A DNA stretch of 54,445 nt from Bacteroidota bacterium (GCA_030618105.1 JAUXED010000003.1:1-54445); one strand, 5' to 3'; numbered from the stretch's first letter, positions 1 to 9,996 are shown. Numbers and translations: made by a program. The notes: generated by a model not told the origin, from the letters alone.

Positions 1-46
1 ACAATAAATATAAATATCAAATTTTTCTTAAAAAAGATTTTTATAA

Positions 47-2539
47 ATGCCAGAAAGAGAAAGAATTGTAAAGATAAATATTGAAGAGGAAATGAAATCG
101 GCATATATCGACTATTCGATGTCGGTTATTGTTTCCAGAGCATTACCGGATGTTCGTGATGGGCTGAAACCTGTACACAGGCGTGTATTGTTCGGTATGT
201 CAGAGATTGGACTTTATTCAAATCGACCTTATAAGAAATCTGCAAGGATAGTGGGGGAGGTTTTGGGTAAATATCATCCACATGGCGACTCGTCTGTTTA
301 TGAAGCAATGGTAAGAATGGCACAACCGTGGTCATTACGTTATCCTCTTGTAAATGGTCAGGGTAACTTCGGCTCTGTTGACGGGGATAGTCCTGCTGCT
401 ATGCGTTATACTGAAGCCCGGCTTCAAAGAATTGCTGAAGAAATCCTGAGGGATCTTGATAAAAACACTGTTGATTTCCAATTGAATTTTGATGACACCC
501 TTGAAGAACCCACAGTACTTCCTACACGCATACCTAACTTATTAATTAATGGTGCATCAGGGATTGCTGTAGGAATGGCGACAAATATACCACCTCACAA
601 TCTTTCAGAAGTGATTGACGCAACAATTGCATATATCGATAATAATGAAATTGAGGTTGATGATTTGATGGAGTATATTAAAGGACCTGATTTTCCTACC
701 GGCGGCATCATCTACGGGGTGCAGGGTATAAAAGAAGCATTTTTAACAGGGAGAGGAAGACTGGTGGTAAGGGCCAGGACTGAAATTGAAACTACTCCTT
801 CAGGAAGAGAACGGATAGTGGTATCAGAGATACCCTATATGGTGAATAAAGCAGATATGATCAAAAAGACGGCTGACCTGATCAATGAAAAGAAAATTGA
901 GGGTATATCTTATATCAACGATGAGTCGGACCGCGAGGGAATGCGGATAGTTATTATCCTTAAAAGAGATGCTACATCAAATGTCGTACTGAATAAATTA
1001 TTCAAATATACCCAGTTACAGAACTCATTTAACGTAAATAACATTGCTCTTGTAAATGGTCGGCCAAGATCATTGACATTAAAGCAGATGATATCTTATT
1101 TTGTTAAACACCGCCACCAGGTTGTTATAAGGCGTATCAAATATGAACTTGAACAGGCAAAGAAAAGGGCTCATATCCTTGAGGGATTGCTGATTGCACT
1201 TGACAATCTTGACGATGTTATCAAACTGATAAGAAAATCGAAAACCCCCGATGAGGCAAAAACAGGTCTTATAAAGAATTTTGAACTGACAGAAATTCAG
1301 GCTAAAGCAATACTGGATATGAGACTACACCGCCTTACCGGTCTCGAAAGAGATAAGATAAGGGAGGAGTATAAAAACCTGATGAATTTGATAGAGCATC
1401 TGAATGACATATTATCAGATGAAAGTCTTCAGATGAAAATTATCAGGGATGAACTTTTTGAGATAAAAGAGAAATTTGGCGATGAACGCAGAACTGAGAT
1501 TGTGCCTAATGTTGAGGAGTTTGATCCTGAAGATTTTTATGCTGATGAAGATATGGTTATTACCATTTCCAGGCTTGGCTATATTAAACGTACGCCACTG
1601 GCTGAGTTCAGACGGCAGGGGAGAGGTGGTATCGGTTCAAAGGGAGGAACAACACGCGATGAGGATTTCCTTGAACATTTATATATTGCCTCTATGCATA
1701 ATACTATGCTGTTTTTTACAAAAAACGGTAAATGCTATTGGCTCAAAGTATACCAGATCCCCGAAGGGTCGAGAATATCTAAAGGCCGGGCAATACAGAA
1801 TATTCTAAATATTGAACCAAATGATTTTGTCAGGGCTTATATTAACGTGCAAAAGCTTGATGACGAAGAATATATCAACAACAATTTTATAATCCTTGGC
1901 ACCAGAAAGGGTGTAATAAAGAAAACAACACTTGAAGCATATTCCCGTCCGCGACAAAACGGTATAAATGCAATTAATATCAGGGAAGGAGATGAGTTAC
2001 TTGAAGCTAAACTTACCAATGGGAATCATGAGATTATGATGGCAGTCAGGTCAGGCAGGGCTATCAGGTTCCATGAAAGCAAGGTCAGGCCTATGGGAAG
2101 AACCGCTTCCGGTGTAAGAGGTATTACGCTTGGCTCCGGTAACGATGAAGTGATTGGAATGGTCGCTGTTGAGGAAGAGAAGGAAGACATACTGGTGGTT
2201 GCTGAAAAAGGTTACGGAAAACGCTCAAAGATAGGCGGTTACAGAATCACTAACCGTGGTGGAAAGGGTGTTAAAACCCTGAATATCACTGAGAAAACAG
2301 GAGCATTAATTGCTATGAAGGGGGTGCTTGATACTGATGACCTGATGATAATAAACCGCTCGGGACTTACAATCAGGGTTGCTGTTTCGGAGTTAAGAGT
2401 TATGGGCCGTACAACCCAGGGTGTCAGGTTAATAAACCTCAAAGAGGATGATTCGATCGCTGCCGTAGCCTATGTTAAGGTCAACGATGAAGATGAGCCG
2501 GAAAATGATTCTGAATCTTCTGAAAAAGAGGAGAAATAG
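47..2539 (+). CDS. gyrA: DNA gyrase subunit A
   Basis: 830-aa ORF. Has the [10 protein letters not shown] and GKYHPHGD motifs, the catalytic-Tyr region [11 protein letters not shown]-terminal beta-pinwheel repeats and an acidic tail. Confidence 0.98.
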   Translation: MPERERIVKINIEEEMKSAYIDYSMSVIVSRALPDVRDGLKPVHRRVLFGMSEIGLYSNRPYKKSARIVGEVLGKYHPHGDSSVYEAMVRMAQPWSLRYPLVNGQGNFGSVDGDSPAAMRYTEARLQRIAEEILRDLDKNTVDFQLNFDDTLEEPTVLPTRIPNLLINGASGIAVGMATNIPPHNLSEVIDATIAYIDNNEIEVDDLMEYIKGPDFPTGGIIYGVQGIKEAFLTGRGRLVVRARTEIETTPSGRERIVVSEIPYMVNKADMIKKTADLINEKKIEGISYINDESDREGMRIVIILKRDATSNVVLNKLFKYTQLQNSFNVNNIALVNGRPRSLTLKQMISYFVKHRHQVVIRRIKYELEQAKKRAHILEGLLIALDNLDDVIKLIRKSKTPDEAKTGLIKNFELTEIQAKAILDMRLHRLTGLERDKIREEYKNLMNLIEHLNDILSDESLQMKIIRDELFEIKEKFGDERRTEIVPNVEEFDPEDFYADEDMVITISRLGYIKRTPLAEFRRQGRGGIGSKGGTTRDEDFLEHLYIASMHNTMLFFTKNGKCYWLKVYQIPEGSRISKGRAIQNILNIEPNDFVRAYINVQKLDDEEYINNNFIILGTRKGVIKKTTLEAYSRPRQNGINAINIREGDELLEAKLTNGNHEIMMAVRSGRAIRFHESKVRPMGRTASGVRGITLGSGNDEVIGMVAVEEEKEDILVVAEKGYGKRSKIGGYRITNRGGKGVKTLNITEKTGALIAMKGVLDTDDLMIINRSGLTIRVAVSELRVMGRTTQGVRLINLKEDDSIAAVAYVKVNDEDEPENDSESSEKEEK

Positions 2540-2613
2540 AAGAAAATATAGTCACATTTATAAAATGGCAAGGTACTTGTTGGAGGTAATTTAGTAAATG
2601 TAGCCATTCGAAA

Positions 2614-3771
2614 ATGAAACAGATTTCACCAATATTACTTGTTTTACTTATATCTCTGGGTGGATGCTCAACAAAACGGTATGTTAGGCAAGTTGAACAT
2701 CTTATTGATGATGGGAAGCTTGAAGATGCCAGGGAACTGATTCATTTGGCAACTGATTCAACTGTCAATAATCAATGGGCAAAAACATACCTGGTTTATG
2801 GTAAACTGGCGCAAACAGCAGCAACATCAAAGAAAAAAAAAGACCGGGATTTGTTTGAAAACCCATTGCAGCTCGCGTATAAAAACTATATAAAAGCACT
2901 GGATCTGGATGAAAAGGGAAAGCTTGATAATTCAGTGAGTCTTTTGTGGCCTAAGTTGTCGAATGACTTTGTTGACAAAGGAGTAAAAGCTTTTAAAGCC
3001 CGGAAATACAGGGAGGCAATGATCAGTTTTGAATATGTGATTAAAATTGCTGAATATGATATTTTTAAAGATTTGGTTGATACAGGCATAATATACAATG
3101 CAGGTCTGGCAGCATATAATGCAGAAATATATGAAAAAGCGGTAAAGCACTTCACTACATGTAAGGAAATGGATTACGGAGGGGTTAACCTGTACCTATT
3201 GTTGAAGAATACTTATGCTTCGATGAATGATTCAGTTAATATATTGCAGATTCTTAAAGAAGCGTTTGAAAAATTTCCTGAAGAGAAAGAAGTACTGGTT
3301 CAACTGGTAAATTACCATATCTCTGCCGGTATGAATAATGAAGCTCTTGATTTTCTGAAGATCGCTAAAGAAAAGGACCCCGATAATGCTACCTATTTCT
3401 TTGCAGAAGGTTTAATTTACGACAGGATAGGAAAGGTTAAAAATGCAAAGAATGCTTATCAGAGATCAATTGATCTTGATCCGGACCTGTTTACTTCTCA
3501 ATATAACCTGGGAGCACTGATTTTTAACCAGGGAGTAATAATGGTTGAAGAAGCCAACAAAATACTTGATAACGAGAAATACACAGCAGCAAGAGAAGCT
3601 GCCGATTTACAGTTTGCAGAGGCTTTACCATATCTCGAAAAGGCACATGAACTAAATAAAGATGACATCGATACAATGGAAACACTAAAATTGATATATT
3701 ACAGGCTAAAAATGATGGATAAATATAGGCGGATAGATATAGAATTACAAAATTTTAAACGAGGAAATTAG
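2614..3771 (+). CDS. TPR-repeat lipoprotein (paralog 1)
   Basis: 385 aa. Signal peptide with lipobox-like LISLGGCS, followed by helical TPR-like repeats. Alignable along its full length with the next ORF (TYLVYGKLAQ/TYFVYGKLAQ, IIYNAGLA, LPYLEKAHELN/LPYIEKAHELN). Confidence 0.75.
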   Translation: MKQISPILLVLLISLGGCSTKRYVRQVEHLIDDGKLEDARELIHLATDSTVNNQWAKTYLVYGKLAQTAATSKKKKDRDLFENPLQLAYKNYIKALDLDEKGKLDNSVSLLWPKLSNDFVDKGVKAFKARKYREAMISFEYVIKIAEYDIFKDLVDTGIIYNAGLAAYNAEIYEKAVKHFTTCKEMDYGGVNLYLLLKNTYASMNDSVNILQILKEAFEKFPEEKEVLVQLVNYHISAGMNNEALDFLKIAKEKDPDNATYFFAEGLIYDRIGKVKNAKNAYQRSIDLDPDLFTSQYNLGALIFNQGVIMVEEANKILDNEKYTAAREAADLQFAEALPYLEKAHELNKDDIDTMETLKLIYYRLKMMDKYRRIDIELQNFKRGN

Positions 3772-3838
3772 TGATTAATAAAAAAAAATAATAAAATTGT
3801 AAAAACTTAATACTTTAGAACTTAAAACCGAAAACAAA

Positions 3839-4993
3839 ATGAAACGAATTATTCTTACTATTTTAATGAGTATAATCCTGGTTCTTGGCGTAACAGCTCA
3901 GAAGAAGTATGTCAAACAGGCTGAAATTCATATCGATAAGGATGAATTGAAAGAAGCTAAGACAAAACTTGATATGGCTCTGCAGGATGAAAAAAGTAAA
4001 GACTGGGGAAATACATATTTTGTATATGGCAAACTGGCCCAGGCAGCAGGGGTTTCAGAAAATGAAGAGTTCAAAAAGTTATTTGATATTCCTTTCAAAA
4101 TAGCTTATGAAAATTATCTGAAAGCCATTGAATTGGATGAGAAAATGAATAATGCCGTTAATATGCAGCTACCGTTATTATCAAATTCTGTTATAAATAA
4201 AGGCATTGAGGGATTCCAAACAAAGGATTATCCTTCAGCATTGGATGCATTTGAATTTGCTCTGAAAGTAGGGGAGAATGATATATTTGGCGGTGCAGCT
4301 GATACAAGCATAATATATAATGCCGGTTTAGCTGGTTATAACGGCGAGATGTACGACAAAGCCATTACGCATTTCAAAACATGCAAGGAATTAGGATATG
4401 GCGGTCCGGATCTCTATCTTCTTCTCAAGAATTGTTATCTGGAAAATGAGGATTCAATAAATGCTGTCGTAATTCTTCAGGAAGCGTTCGAAGCATTTCC
4501 CGGGAATGAAGCTGTTCTGGTTCACCTGGTTAATTATTATCTGACATCAGGCAAAAATGAGCAGGCACTTGAATATCTTACGATTGCCAAGGAGAATGAT
4601 CCTGAAAATGCAACATATTATCATGCAGAAGGTGTTTTATATGATAAAGCAAATGAATCGGAGAAAGCAATGAAAGCATACCTGAAAGCTGCTGAGTTTG
4701 ATCCGGCATATTTTGATACACAATACAATATCGGGGCTCTTTTATTTAATAAAGGTGTTACGATGGTTGAAATAGCCAACGCGATAATGGATAATAAGGA
4801 GTACGAGAAAGCAAAAAAGGCTGCAGAGGAACAGTTTGCAAAAGCTTTACCTTACATAGAGAAAGCGCATGAACTTAATCCGGATGATATAGCAACAATG
4901 GAAACATTAAAAATTCTCTATTATCGTATGCAGATGATGGAAAAACATGAAGCAATAGTAAAGAAGCTTAGTGAAGTAAAAGTTGTAGAATAA
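3839..4993 (+). CDS. TPR-repeat exported protein (paralog 2)
   Basis: 384 aa with an N-terminal signal peptide. Tandem paralog of 2614..3771. Confidence 0.75.
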   Translation: MKRIILTILMSIILVLGVTAQKKYVKQAEIHIDKDELKEAKTKLDMALQDEKSKDWGNTYFVYGKLAQAAGVSENEEFKKLFDIPFKIAYENYLKAIELDEKMNNAVNMQLPLLSNSVINKGIEGFQTKDYPSALDAFEFALKVGENDIFGGAADTSIIYNAGLAGYNGEMYDKAITHFKTCKELGYGGPDLYLLLKNCYLENEDSINAVVILQEAFEAFPGNEAVLVHLVNYYLTSGKNEQALEYLTIAKENDPENATYYHAEGVLYDKANESEKAMKAYLKAAEFDPAYFDTQYNIGALLFNKGVTMVEIANAIMDNKEYEKAKKAAEEQFAKALPYIEKAHELNPDDIATMETLKILYYRMQMMEKHEAIVKKLSEVKVVE

Positions 4994-5010
4994 TTTTGGA
5001 TAAATAGAAA

Positions 5011-5045
5011 AAGGGGAGTATAAAATAATTACTCCCCTTTATTAA
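5011..5045 (+). terminator. Rho-independent terminator after the TPR pair
   Basis: Arms aaggggagta and tactcccctt separated by a 9-nt loop, followed by a T-rich tract. Confidence 0.7.
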
Positions 5046-5087
5046 TATATTTTCTATTTAACATAATATTTATTATGGGGCAAACGC

Positions 5088-5230
5088 AGTAAATTTACGA
5101 TCAGCTCTGCTGATTAACATAACATCAGCTATGTGACTTTAGTTACATAGCGGCACAGATGTTATGTTAAAGTAAATTTGCGATCCATTTAACACCAGTC
5201 CTATATCGGTACAGATTTTATGTTAAAAAG
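5088..5230. repeat. Repeat P: two diverged units of a dispersed repeat, with an internal long hairpin
   Basis: gtaaatttacgatc and gtaaatttgcgatc start two units. cagctctgctgattaacataacatcag (5102-5128) recurs at 8623-8649. ttaacataacatc (5115-5127) pairs with gatgttatgttaa (5158-5170). Confidence 0.6.
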
Positions 5231-5460
5231 ATTCCCGGTTGGATTTATTCAATGCCTTGCCTTGCCAACACACCTACTGATTAAGATAATTTCAGATATA
5301 GCGACTGCACAACAGTCCTATCTCAATGCTTTACGTATTTGTCAGCTATAATTAAGAATTATATTAAATTGATCGCTTAACTCAACGAGACCTGGATATT
5401 TGAAATTAACTTGACCAATGGTTTGAAAATTCGTCTATACGTTAAGTTGTTGATTTGTTT

Positions 5461-5890
5461 TGTTGTTGTTGTTCTGAGAAAGTCAGGCAATTGTCAGACG
5501 ACTGTGAATCTGTCGATTTCAGAACCGAGGACGGTTTTACCGGACGAACTCGCCGAAGACAATATCGATTAACGAATGTTGATTCTTAATTTGACTTCTT
5601 AAATCGTAAATCGTTAATCGATGTTCGATATTAATTATTAGTTTTCTAGATCCTTGTACCTTGAGTCTTGCTTCTTCTCTCCGTACCTCATACCATTTCA
5701 TTAACCGGCATTTATTATTATGTTAAACAGAACTCTTTTAACCCTATATACAACCCTATATATAACCCTGGACATCAACCTATTATTTATCAAACCTATA
5801 ATATACTGATATGCAATTACTTACAAGCATGATTATGAAAAATAACGTTATTAATAACGGCATTAATTACGTTATTAATAACGTAATTAT
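5461..5890. repeat. Patchwork of short tandem oligomer arrays in an ORF-free region
   Basis: (gtt)n at 5461-5475. aatcg-type units at 5601-5630 lie inside the inverted repeat aatatcga/tcgatatt (5562-5569 / 5625-5632). aaccctata units at 5740-5800. ttattaataacg units at 5841-5890. Confidence 0.7.
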
Positions 5891-6313
5891 TTTAAAAGTT
5901 AATTTGGTTGATAAGTCTGACTGGCGGCGGTCAGGGTTTATTAAGCTGAAAGAATGTCAAGATGCTAAACCGGGTACAGGTAACCCGGAAACAGATACCT
6001 CCTACCCTCGTTTGGTCTATAATTCGTCATTATTTTGAATAGCCTCCGAGGGCCTTACTCCCCCGTTTCTTAATTCCCGGATTCGTTTGAGGGTTTTTTT
6101 GTTTCGGATGGATGATCAATTGTTTTTATTACTCATTTTTTTTTGATCTTGGATTAAAAAAGTATTAATTTGGCATTGCAATTATACCATATTATAGAGA
6201 TATATCTCCAAATAGATATAACATATATGCGACACATTTTATTAGCACTTAACTGTTAATAACCTATGAATCTTAATAACTAATCCAGAAAAAGGATAAG
6301 TGGCTGAAATTGT

Positions 6314-6688
6314 ATGAACAAAATTCTAAAAAGAATGATTATGTGCACCTCCCCCTCCCTTAGAATTCTTAAAAAAGTATATAAAAATCGATTTAAAGAA
6401 GGAACGGTATATATTGAAGGGAAAAAATTCGGTTCTATAAAAGAGCTTAAAGATGCAGCTTGGGAGATAGATCAAAATACATCAATTCATTTTATAACAC
6501 ATGTTATTGTTAAGGATGGCAAAAAAAAAGAAATTGGAATTAACGTACAACTCACTAAAATTGGTTTAAATCACATGGATAGATATACTGAAATGAAATC
6601 AAGGCGTGCGCATAATATAATAATAATTGTAATAACTGGATTAATGGCTCTATTGACAGGTGTAAATATTTGGTTGAGTTTTAGATAA
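6314..6688 (+). CDS. Hypothetical protein with C-terminal transmembrane anchor
   Basis: 124-aa ORF with a hydrophobic C-terminus (IIIIVITGLMALLTGVNIWL). First of four same-strand ORFs in the low-GC island. No recognisable motif. Confidence 0.4.
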   Translation: MNKILKRMIMCTSPSLRILKKVYKNRFKEGTVYIEGKKFGSIKELKDAAWEIDQNTSIHFITHVIVKDGKKKEIGINVQLTKIGLNHMDRYTEMKSRRAHNIIIIVITGLMALLTGVNIWLSFR

Positions 6689-6789
6689 AATATTCAACTG
6701 GTAAAGAAAAAAGATGGAAGGGTGAATAATTCGATGGATTAATTACAGAGGATTGAGAAATCGGAACACTAATAAAATTTATTGAATAA

Positions 6790-7002
6790 ATGGATGAAAA
6801 AATAAAATCCAGAATCCACGACATTATGTATGATTATTTTGAAAAAAATGATTTAATTCCAAAAAATCAGATAAAAAAACAGGAATTTAAGAAATTAGAG
6901 GAACATGTAAAATATGTTCTTGAGACTCATGATCAATACAAAGAAGAAATACCAGACCTTAAAATAAAAATCCTTGAAATACTGGCAGAAGAAATTTTTT
7001 AA
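6790..7002 (+). CDS. Hypothetical small helical protein
   Basis: 70-aa Lys/Glu-rich ORF on the same strand as its neighbours. No recognisable motif. Confidence 0.3.
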   Translation: MDEKIKSRIHDIMYDYFEKNDLIPKNQIKKQEFKKLEEHVKYVLETHDQYKEEIPDLKIKILEILAEEIF

Positions 7003-7199
7003 TTATTAATATTGATCACCATCAAAAACAATATTAGTATCCATGGCTGGCAACAATAGAAATAATGTTATGATCAGGATCCTACCGTCAAAAACGCCGG
7101 GCCTGCAGTACGTTAAGTATACCAGTTTGCTCATTTGTGGAATAAAATACTATATGTTAGTGAAAAGGTGTTTTACAATTTATTACATTTATTATTGAT

Positions 7200-7967
7200 A
7201 TGGCTAAAAACTTATGGAATCGCGAACAGTTGATACTTGCAGTCAAGTTGTATTGTGAACTTCCATTCGGGAAAATGCACAGAGGGAATCCAAATATCAT
7301 TTCCATGGCTAAAGTTATTGGCAGGACTCCTTCTGCAGTGGCCAGAAAACTTGTAAACTTTGCGAGTTTTGATCCGAGTTTGCAAGAAAGAGGAATTAAA
7401 GGACTAACTCATGCAAGTAAGCTGGATAAGGAAATATGGGATGAATTCTATAATGATTGGGAAAGTCTGGCTTTTAAAAGTGCAAAACTGTTAGCAAATA
7501 TTGAAAACAAATCTTTAGAGAAAATTTACAATATTCCTGAAGAAGAATTCCCCAAAGATGGAAAGGAAAAGGAGAGACTTGTGAAAACACGAGTAAATCA
7601 ATCTTTTTTCCGAACAAATATTTTAACTTCATATAATTTCACTTGTTGTATTACCGGATTAATGAATACAAAACTATTGATAGCAGGTCATATCATTCCT
7701 TGGTCAGAAGACAAATCCAATCGTTTAAATCCAAGAAATGGTCTATGTTTAAATGCGTTACATGATCGTGCGTTTGAATATGGGCTAATTACAATTACAC
7801 CGGATTATACAATTCATGTTTCTAAATCCTTAAAAGAGAAAGAAGATGAAAGTGTCGAAAAATATTTTTTAAAGTATGATAACAAAGAAATAATATTACC
7901 ATCAAGATTTCTGCCAGATAAAAAATTTTTAATTTATCACAATGAAAAGTTTAAAGACCAATATTAA
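7200..7967 (+). CDS. HNH_2-type (COG3183-like) putative restriction endonuclease
   Basis: 255 aa. The C-terminal module RVNQSFFRTNILTSYNFTCCITG...LLIAGHIIPW...NGLCLNALHDRAFEYGLITI fits the HNH_2 pattern. The N-terminal helical region (RTPSAVARKLVNFASFDP) is typical of this family as I remember it. Confidence 0.75.
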   Translation: MAKNLWNREQLILAVKLYCELPFGKMHRGNPNIISMAKVIGRTPSAVARKLVNFASFDPSLQERGIKGLTHASKLDKEIWDEFYNDWESLAFKSAKLLANIENKSLEKIYNIPEEEFPKDGKEKERLVKTRVNQSFFRTNILTSYNFTCCITGLMNTKLLIAGHIIPWSEDKSNRLNPRNGLCLNALHDRAFEYGLITITPDYTIHVSKSLKEKEDESVEKYFLKYDNKEIILPSRFLPDKKFLIYHNEKFKDQY

Positions 7968-8280
7968 ATTTAACTATGAGTACAGAGATGCTGGAAATTA
8001 TAAGCAATTTGGTTCAATTGTTTTTGCAAATCCAAGTAACATATTAGATTTAGAATCATTAGAAAAAACGATTCGGTACAATTTTTTTGATGCTGAATTT
8101 TTCTACCCATTTAAACTTTCTATTCCTTCACTTCACTTTGACAACTGGAATACTGAATTAGATCATTTTTGGTATCGATTTGAATCTGTAGAACATTCAC
8201 GAGTAACTCCAAACGATCTAAAAAGCAGAACAATTGAACAGTTTATTTCGGAGATATCTGTATTTGCGAAAGAATATTAA
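7942..8280 (+). CDS. Hypothetical protein overlapping the 3' end of the HNH gene
   Basis: 112-aa ORF whose start overlaps the HNH stop by 26 nt, suggesting translational coupling. No recognisable motif (FNYEYRDAGNYK...). Confidence 0.5.
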   Translation: MKSLKTNIKFNYEYRDAGNYKQFGSIVFANPSNILDLESLEKTIRYNFFDAEFFYPFKLSIPSLHFDNWNTELDHFWYRFESVEHSRVTPNDLKSRTIEQFISEISVFAKEY

Positions 8281-8610
8281 GTAACTTGCTTGTACAATTT
8301 GATATCGGAAACACCAAAATCTTTTAATAAACTAAATCGTTACTTGCAATGGTTTTATTCATTGTATATAAGTTGAATTTAATCACTCCGCACACATTTC
8401 GCTCCGTTTCGCTCTTTAAAAAAAGTGCTAGGTTCAGGCAGGTAATCAATGGGGAATAAAACTTTTTCTCCCCCTCTCCTACTATTTTTTTAATATTTCT
8501 ATTCCTGAATAAAAGGAAAGAAAACATTTTTAGCTTCCTAAGCTATATTAATCATGACGAGCTTCGCTGTCAGGATAGGCATAACGCAATACATTATGTG
8601 GCTTTTGTAG

Positions 8611-8685
8611 GGAATTTTCGCCCAGCTCTGCTGGTTAACATAAAATCAGAAGTTGGCTGCGCAGCAAGCCCAATATCGGTGCCGC
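8611..8685. repeat. Repeat Q: single unit homologous to repeat P
   Basis: ggaattttcgcc + cagctctgctggttaacataaaatcag (8623-8649; 25 of 27 positions match 5102-5128, same orientation) + caatatcggt (compare ctatatcggt at 5201-5210). Confidence 0.6.
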
Positions 8686-8743
8686 TAGCGAACAACCTGG
8701 CAAAATTATCCACCGGATGTTTAACTTTAGTAAATGAGTATAA

Positions 8744-9436
8744 TCATCCTTTGTTGATAATCTCCAACAACTTGGATTTTAATAATTTAACTCTTTCTGA
8801 TTGTGTTTCAGGCTCTAAATGACACAATATACCCTCCTCCATTTCCTTATCAAATAGCCTTACGAATTCGTTTATCAGGTATTTCCGAACATCTTTTGGT
8901 GCTTCTGATATATCATTCACAAGATTTACTCGGTTATCAAGTACATAAATGATATCTTCAAAATCATGGCTGGTCCGTGGATCTTTGCCTCTATCATGAT
9001 AGGCTGTAAACTTTGAAGCCAGAAAAAATGCAACTGACAATATTTTTATTGTCAGGGTTTCATTAAGCTTATGCGATTCCAAATGTTTGAATCCAGACTC
9101 AAACCATTCATTCGCCTGGGCCCACCCTACCTCTTTAGTTGCCATAACATCTAACAAAACACCATCGCAATCGAATCTGCACATTATCTTCTCTTCAGTT
9201 GCCGGATAAATTCCCTTTTCTGCCAGTTGTTCCTGAATCCTGGTCAACTCAGCAAATGATGCGATTTCTAAAGTAATATCAACATCTTTTGTTGGCCTGA
9301 CTTCATCAGCAGCAGGATCATCAGCATATATACTAACCACGGCACCTCCAACATATGCAACATTATTGTTAAGATCGCCAAGTGCTTTAGCAACTTTTTT
9401 AACGGCAGCAATGTTTATATCGTCGTTTTTACCCAT
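8744..9436 (-). CDS. Nucleotidyltransferase-fold protein (AbiEii-like, putative toxin)
   Basis: 230 aa. VGGAVVSIY...RPTKDVDITL fits the G[GS]x(n)DxD nucleotidyltransferase pattern. Its start codon overlaps the stop of the upstream wHTH ORF. Confidence 0.6.
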   Translation of the reverse strand: MGKNDDINIAAVKKVAKALGDLNNNVAYVGGAVVSIYADDPAADEVRPTKDVDITLEIASFAELTRIQEQLAEKGIYPATEEKIMCRFDCDGVLLDVMATKEVGWAQANEWFESGFKHLESHKLNETLTIKILSVAFFLASKFTAYHDRGKDPRTSHDFEDIIYVLDNRVNLVNDISEAPKDVRKYLINEFVRLFDKEMEEGILCHLEPETQSERVKLLKSKLLEIINKG

Positions 9437-9948
9437 TAGCCAATTCGTTTTTTTATTTCATTAAAAGCAAGTTTCTTTTCTCTGGATTTACCTACTCTTA
9501 AGGCATCTGTTAAAGCCAATAGTTCATACAGTAGATTGTCTTTTTTTGCAGCTTGTACAACTCCCGGGTGAAGTGGCTCGATGGATTGTCCTCTCGATAT
9601 TCCATGAGCATCAAGCCATACAAAATTTTCACTACTCTGAATCAGATTATTTAAAGGTGAAGCAGAATGTGCTGTTGGCATGCCTCTTACGATCCTCCCG
9701 GGGATTGCCGGAAACACATATTTTAAACCATGTTCAACAAATTCTAAAAATGCCTGACGCATTAGCTTTTTCTTTGAAGAATCAAGCAATTCAGCCATTT
9801 GTGAGCGATTTAGTGATTCACTCACCTCACTGCTACTAATATGAAGATCAGTAGCAATATCTTTACCCAGACAGGGTTCTGTTTTGGCTGAAGCAATTTT
9901 TAGTAAAATAACCACATCTTGTGGACGCATTCCATTGTGTTTTTTCAT
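9436..9948 (-). CDS. wHTH-type putative antitoxin/regulator
   Basis: 170 aa. The N-terminal MRPQDVVILLKIA...GKDIATDLHISSSEVSESLNR looks like a winged helix. Overlaps the downstream nucleotidyltransferase gene by 1 nt. Confidence 0.5.
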   Translation of the reverse strand: MKKHNGMRPQDVVILLKIASAKTEPCLGKDIATDLHISSSEVSESLNRSQMAELLDSSKKKLMRQAFLEFVEHGLKYVFPAIPGRIVRGMPTAHSASPLNNLIQSSENFVWLDAHGISRGQSIEPLHPGVVQAAKKDNLLYELLALTDALRVGKSREKKLAFNEIKKRIG

Positions 9949-9962
9949 ATTTTTCTCTATTA

Positions 9963-9996
9963 ATTCGCGATTCGCGATTCGCGAATTACAAATTTA
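9963..9996 (-). promoter_or_regulatory. Candidate promoter -7 box plus triple TCGCGA operator of the wHTH/NTase operon
   Basis: On the minus strand, TAAATTTG (9996-9989, = TAnnTTTG) is followed by three palindromic TCGCGA hexamers at 7-bp spacing (9964-9983), just upstream of the ATG at 9948. Confidence 0.45.

Noticed and set aside
126-2442. Several 60-110 aa ORFs inside or antisense to gyrA (126..335, 1476..1808, 1837..2019, 2239..2442)
   Set aside because: They lie entirely within a strongly supported gyrA reading frame, have no motifs, and have low-complexity translations typical of out-of-frame reads.
2827-2842. A9 homopolymer inside the first TPR gene as a phase-variation tract
   Set aside because: It encodes an in-frame KKKK stretch in an AT-rich genome. 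There is no evidence of a shifted alternative frame or promoter context.
5905-6010. Possible SRP (4.5S) RNA because of cagguaacccggaaacag
   Set aside because: There is only a loose resemblance to the domain IV consensus (CAGGUCCGGAAGGAAGCAGC). The flanking helix expected for SRP RNA is not evident.
5811-6038. 75-aa ORF (…NNVINNGINYVINNVI…)
   Set aside because: The translation is a direct read-through of the ttattaataacg tandem array. It has no start context and is better explained as non-coding repeat or a structured segment.
8324-8822. ORFs 8324..8527 (-) and 8598..8822 (+, GTG start)
   Set aside because: They lie in the repeat Q region. The second overlaps the 3' end of the nucleotidyltransferase gene. 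Neither has motifs, and both have odd composition.
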